A DNA stretch of 19,899 nt. Source: a virus. Its lineage: Duplodnaviria > Heunggongvirae > Uroviricota > Caudoviricetes. The translations under genes and the position numbers were made by a program. Every line of letters starts with the position of its first letter. Position 1 is the stretch's first letter. Where the stretch lies: IMG/VR virus record IMGVR_UViG_3300011727_000001, positions 1 through 19,899 of that record. One strand, 5' to 3'. The notes under the pieces were generated by a model. The model did no database searches, had not been told where the DNA came from, and was given only the letters and a program-made list of their open reading frames with translations. Shown piece after piece: positions 16,317 to 19,899 of this stretch.

Positions 16317-16784
16317 TCAGCCTTTGATTGCCTGAGTGACTACCGAGACGAGGTGTTTGGTCAACTTCCCCTGCTCTTTTTCCGCAGCGCGTTGAAGAAA
16401 TTTTTCACCAATGACATGACCTGGATACTGCGCCTGCTTCTCCTTCGTGCCTTGACGCGCAAGCGGATCACTATTGGGTTCTACGATAATGGAATTATAA
16501 TTTTCATGGATCAGCAGCGCATATTGGTGGACGTTCACGCCATTAATTGTAGGGACAATATCGATGTCCAGTTGCAAACGGCCACGCGTGCCGACGGTTC
16601 GAACAATCTGAATAGCCTCCTCCAGATTCCACTTGTCACGCGGCGCATTGATACGCGCTTCATCCCGAATACGAATTGCCGCACGGCGCATAGCACCGCG
16701 TGCGCTGTCAACCACGCGATCAGCAGTATGACGCAACTCCGTGCGCACCTGATCTACACCCTTGACGTTCAGACCAATCTTCAC
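16317..16784 (-). CDS. Putative neck / tail-completion protein (HK97 gp10-like)
   Basis: GTG start (GTGA overlap); basic helical N-terminus, ARINAPRDKWNLEEAI, YALLIHE, KFLQRA. Confidence 0.65.
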   Translation of the reverse strand: MKIGLNVKGVDQVRTELRHTADRVVDSARGAMRRAAIRIRDEARINAPRDKWNLEEAIQIVRTVGTRGRLQLDIDIVPTINGVNVHQYALLIHENYNSIIVEPNSDPLARQGTKEKQAQYPGHVIGEKFLQRAAEKEQGKLTKHLVSVVTQAIKG

Positions 16785-17125
16785 TGCGGTTGAACCTCCA
16801 AGTCGGCTTCATAGTGATCCATTTCACCGGTGATCGTATAGCGTGGATGGATCGCGACAATACGATAATGAGTGCCGTCGAAATCGAACAAATCGTCAAA
16901 GTTTGGTTTAATCTGAGGAATAATCAGAATGCGAGTGCGTGCGATTAACTCATCAGCAGAACCGCGTGAGGCTGATGAGTCAGCACGCACATTGGTCTTG
17001 TCGGTCTTCACGCTCAATGAAACCGGAGCAAATGGACAATCAATCGGATCTGCATAGGTTGGACGTGAATAAATATCCCGTCCTTCTAAACGATGCAGTC
17101 GACCAGTCTGATTAGGACGAAACAT
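16781..17125 (-). CDS. Putative head closure / stopper protein
   Basis: 114 aa, beta-rich; GRDIYSRPTY, FDGTHYRIVAIHP; position within the neck cluster. Confidence 0.55.
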   Translation of the reverse strand: MFRPNQTGRLHRLEGRDIYSRPTYADPIDCPFAPVSLSVKTDKTNVRADSSASRGSADELIARTRILIIPQIKPNFDDLFDFDGTHYRIVAIHPRYTITGEMDHYEADLEVQPQ

Positions 17126-17885
17126 AATCGCTCTCCATTGCTAAAATTGCATTTGAATTTGGATGAAAAACGGCTTCCGCGATCTCGGAATAAGTCGCGT
17201 GCATCGTATTTGCGCCGAACGAGATGATGGTATTATGAGCATCCGCGTTTGCATTCTCATGGACTACGCGTGCGCGTGAAATACCGTGATCAGCCAATGT
17301 AAGCATTACGGTTTCGTTATAGGCAGACAGGAGAGTATGACGCCAAATTGCGCGAACGAATTTTCGGGAGTGCCATTTACGCCCGGCGCGGTCGTAAAAC
17401 GAAAAGTCCATCTCCGTTGAACTACCAATTCGGTATTCCAGCATAGCTGCCCGTTGTGAAATACCGCGCGAGCGCGAGGCCGCGAACGTCTCCAAGGCGA
17501 CACGCTGCATCTTCTGTCGCAGGAGTGTAACATCGCGTAAAATCTGTGCGAGTAATTGCATTGCGACATACTCAAGGGATGCGCGTAAATGCTCTGTAAC
17601 GCGTTCCGTCAGAACTTTTGCATCGTTACTGCTGATTTCATTCAAAGTCGCTTGGTGAGCTTCTGTAGCGATTTCGTCAAAAATCATTTTACCGATAGCC
17701 AGCTCCTGCTCAATGAAGATGTTACCGGCATCTTGAGCTGCGTTGATGAACGCAGCGGTGTGTGAGGATGTGCCAAAGTCCAGATCGTTCATAGCGCGTG
17801 TGAAATTCGCCTGCCAGCTATCAGCGAGCAGGGCATAGCGCGCGGCGGCCTCGTCGGCATGTTTCGAAAGAAGGTTTTGAATCAT
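17112..17885 (-). CDS. Hypothetical virion protein, weak phage minor-capsid-like signature
   Basis: 257 aa, helical; DRAGRKWHSRKFVRAIWRHTLLSAYN resembles the D(K/R)AGRxW motif of minor capsid proteins; ATGA-coupled. Confidence 0.45.
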   Translation of the reverse strand: MIQNLLSKHADEAAARYALLADSWQANFTRAMNDLDFGTSSHTAAFINAAQDAGNIFIEQELAIGKMIFDEIATEAHQATLNEISSNDAKVLTERVTEHLRASLEYVAMQLLAQILRDVTLLRQKMQRVALETFAASRSRGISQRAAMLEYRIGSSTEMDFSFYDRAGRKWHSRKFVRAIWRHTLLSAYNETVMLTLADHGISRARVVHENANADAHNTIISFGANTMHATYSEIAEAVFHPNSNAILAMESDYVSS

Positions 17886-18688
17886 GACGACCGTGCAATT
17901 CGATGACTGTAATAAATAAAGCCGGAAAGTTGCTGCAGAGTTGTGGAGGAAACATCACGCTCAACCTTGCCAGAACGCAGCATCATCGAGCTTTCGCCAA
18001 TTGTTTCAGACAAAATACCGGCACGATGTTTCTTGGCGATCGGGTCACCTTCAAGCAGCTCATTTGCCTCAGTAATTTGAGCCATCCGCAAAGCTTTACG
18101 GAAATTCGCCGGCCAGCTCATAAAATCTTCACGAGTAACGGTTGGCCATTGTGAGCGTTGAATAATTGTTTCTTGCGCGAACATTTCCAAACGTCCGCGA
18201 TCATTGTCACCATTCTCCGTCCGAAACCGCATAGGAATGCGCGTGAGCCGATTAAATGCCTCAATGAGAGCAATATTTCGGTTTTCCTCAGTGGCTCGAT
18301 TCCAACCCGTGATATTGATCATTTCACGCGCAAGCATCTCAGCGCCTTCCAGCGTCAGGAAAGAGTTCTGCATAATGACAAGGCGGAAGGTGCCTTCAAT
18401 AATGTATGAGAATTTATGCGGAATAATGCCGTCGGCCGTGTGCAGAGAGAAATGCAACACACGACCGGCAGTAAGCTGCCCTACCCCAAGACGGTTGAAT
18501 TCTTTTGGAATTACAACCTCGACATGACCGAGACCTGGATCAAATGGCGGGTTTGATACCTCAAACAGTGAGGTTCCTTCATCATCATAAAGGACAGCAC
18601 TGTATGAAACCGGCACAATCGGTTCGTTATTCAGATCAGTAAACGGAAAGGTTACAGAGATGTTGTAATCTTCAGGATAGGTTTTCAT
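17882..18688 (-). CDS. Putative head-tail adaptor with an extra N-terminal beta domain
   Basis: C-terminal SFLTLEGAEMLA...W...ALIEAFNRL...ALRMAQITEA...GILSETIGESSM matches the adaptor pattern; the first ~100 aa are beta-rich. Confidence 0.6.
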   Translation of the reverse strand: MKTYPEDYNISVTFPFTDLNNEPIVPVSYSAVLYDDEGTSLFEVSNPPFDPGLGHVEVVIPKEFNRLGVGQLTAGRVLHFSLHTADGIIPHKFSYIIEGTFRLVIMQNSFLTLEGAEMLAREMINITGWNRATEENRNIALIEAFNRLTRIPMRFRTENGDNDRGRLEMFAQETIIQRSQWPTVTREDFMSWPANFRKALRMAQITEANELLEGDPIAKKHRAGILSETIGESSMMLRSGKVERDVSSTTLQQLSGFIYYSHRIARSS

Positions 18689-18691
18689 GGC

Positions 18692-19438
18692 TTAGCCCTT
18701 GTGCTGGAGAGCCAGAACAGCGGCGGAGTTCACAAAGTCACCAACCGGTTCAGCGTCAGGCGTTTTATTTTGTTCATCGCCCGACTTCTGAGGTTCAGCA
18801 TTAATCGCGGCACCGAGATCGCCGGTCATCGCCGCGGTTAAAATGTCATCACCAACTGGTTTCTCAACATCCGAGCCGCCTTCGACGATTACGTCTGAAG
18901 CAGTATTATCCGCATCGGCTTTTTCTGCAGACGGCTCTTCATTTCCCGCAAACGCGTGAATAATGCCATCGCGAGACGCTACGAACGAACTCTGCGCGTC
19001 AAGGATCATTTTGATAATTGCCGGGATCGCCTTGCCTTTAACGCCCCAAGGCTCAGCAACTTTACGAAGCCCTTTGATGCCATCCTTATCTGCAATGGCT
19101 TGAAGCTCTTCGATTGTATAGAAGGTTTCAGCCGGCGAGCGCTGCGCTTTCAGCGTTTCACGAAGATCTTCGGATTTACGTTCGCTTTCTGTTTGACGAG
19201 CCAAAGCAGACGTGACTGGCGCGCGCATCGCGGAATCCCGGATCAATCGGTTCGCGATACCAGCAGGCCCAATTTCATTACCTTCGTCATCAATCTCTAC
19301 CATACGAATGGCGGCCGAAAGACGATCGGCAATGTTGCGCGGAACAGGATAAACCGAAACGCCATCCTTAAAATCAACGGTGCCGATTGCGCCGGTGTAG
19401 CCAGCCCACTGAGAGCCGGAGAGTTTCAATCGCTTCAT
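18692..19438 (-). CDS. Conserved hypothetical protein downstream of the capsid gene (small helical domain plus acidic low-complexity tail)
   Basis: Start corrected to ATG 19438 (GAGG SD; the track start at 19459 lies inside the terminator). GYTGAIGTVDFKDGVSV N-domain; YTIEELQAIADKDGIKGLRKVAEPWGVKGKAIPAIIKMIL helical module. Confidence 0.7.
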   Translation of the reverse strand: MKRLKLSGSQWAGYTGAIGTVDFKDGVSVYPVPRNIADRLSAAIRMVEIDDEGNEIGPAGIANRLIRDSAMRAPVTSALARQTESERKSEDLRETLKAQRSPAETFYTIEELQAIADKDGIKGLRKVAEPWGVKGKAIPAIIKMILDAQSSFVASRDGIIHAFAGNEEPSAEKADADNTASDVIVEGGSDVEKPVGDDILTAAMTGDLGAAINAEPQKSGDEQNKTPDAEPVGDFVNSAAVLALQHKG

Positions 19439-19448
19439 GTAAGCCTCG

Positions 19449-19485
19449 TTTAAAAACAAATAGGGCAGGAATTACCTGCCCTATT
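19449..19485 (-). terminator. Rho-independent terminator after the major capsid gene
   Basis: AATAGGGCAGG-TAATT-CCTGCCCTATT (11-bp perfect stem) followed by TGTTTTT. Confidence 0.8.
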
Positions 19486-19511
19486 CTAAGTCAGCGATTA
19501 CTTATTAACAA
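19483..19511 (-). promoter_or_regulatory. Sigma70-like promoter TTGTTA-17-TAGAAT with motif copy 8 (19487-19504) in the spacer
   Basis: Minus strand reads TTGTTA ataagtaatcgctgact TAGAAT. The motif TAAGTCA-gcga-TTACTTA is exact, and the -10 overlaps the terminator 5' arm. Confidence 0.6.
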
Positions 19512-19513
19512 CC

Positions 19514-19899
19514 TTAAATGTTTACACCTTTAAGGCGAGCAACCGAGTGAGTGGCTTTCAGCGCAGTGCCGCAATACCACTTAACACGCCAACGCGAGGC
19601 GTCCTTCTTCTCCAGGGTGCCGAGGGATTCAAGACGAATACCAGCAGAAGCACCACCAAACAGACCATGGAAACCATCTGCTTCGTTCAAGCGCAGCGCA
19701 TAAACGGAGGTGGTTTTATCGTTCGTTCCCTGAGTTTCATCAATCGGGATGAAGTCGTTGATGATGACAGGGGTGCCATCATACATCGGGATTGCACGAC
19801 CGAAGTTGTGGATCATAGCCATATCGGCGGTATTACCACCGAAAGCGCGGTTCAGAGCGCGGATCGAGCGCCACACTTCCTGACGCATCATCAGAACAT
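19514..19899 (-). CDS. Major capsid protein, C-terminal part (5'-truncated by the window edge)
   Basis: The frame is open to the edge (..DVLMMRQ). YDGTPVIINDFIP...TTSVYALRLNEADGFHGL...GTLEKKDASRWRVKWYCGTALK is an HK97-fold capsid C-terminus; followed by a strong terminator and neck genes. Confidence 0.85.
   Translation of the reverse strand, partial: VLMMRQEVWRSIRALNRAFGGNTADMAMIHNFGRAIPMYDGTPVIINDFIPIDETQGTNDKTTSVYALRLNEADGFHGLFGGASAGIRLESLGTLEKKDASRWRVKWYCGTALKATHSVARLKGVNI

Noticed and set aside
400-19453. Numerous plus-strand ORFs in the track (e.g. 400..756, 916..1323, 3784..4281, 5998..6480, 12414..13013, 14794..15279, 18956..19453) and short alternative-frame minus ORFs
   Set aside because: They are antisense or off-frame shadows of well-supported minus-strand genes, with no recognisable motifs, SD sites or operon logic.
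8004-19459. Longer upstream starts given in the ORF track for I (8096), K (8856) and the post-capsid gene (19459); likewise 890 for the GH108-like gene
   Set aside because: The extensions overlap upstream genes or a terminator, and downstream ATGs have SD sequences or ATGA coupling.
1368-19504. CRISPR array or iteron/REP interpretation of the repeated 18-mer
   Set aside because: Copies are dispersed kilobases apart rather than regularly spaced with unique spacers or clustered in tandem, and they are AT-rich without REP-like GC stems.

Overview
The window is the virion-morphogenesis and lysis region of a long-tailed, lambda-like-tail-tip siphophage or prophage; every credible gene is on the minus strand. 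In coding direction (19899 to 1) the order is: 3' end of major capsid gene, a conserved hypothetical protein, head-tail adaptor, minor-capsid-like protein, head closure, HK97 gp10-like neck, tail terminator, tail tube, G/T chaperones joined by a lambda-type GGGAAAG -1 frameshift, a 1534-aa tape measure protein with an internal phage-tail-lysozyme domain, M-L-K-I-J tail tip, two small tail-tip accessory genes, then a lysis cassette (membrane protein, TIGR02594-type Cys/His endolysin, a GH108-like fragment, holin, partial i-spanin). From my recollection of the family, the capsid, tail tube and gene order resemble SSU5/pHCM2/pMT1-type phage-plasmids (inference, needs BLAST). The main unexplained structure is an 18-bp imperfect inverted repeat, TAAGT(C/A)A-N4-T(T/G)ACTTA, found 8 times, occupying every non-coding gap of 10 bp or more. 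Three copies fill the 17-bp spacer of sigma70-like promoters in identical register. Two of those promoters run directly into hairpins (a terminator and an RBS-occluding stem) that transcripts started there would lack. No tRNA, rRNA, CRISPR, integrase or transposase was seen.
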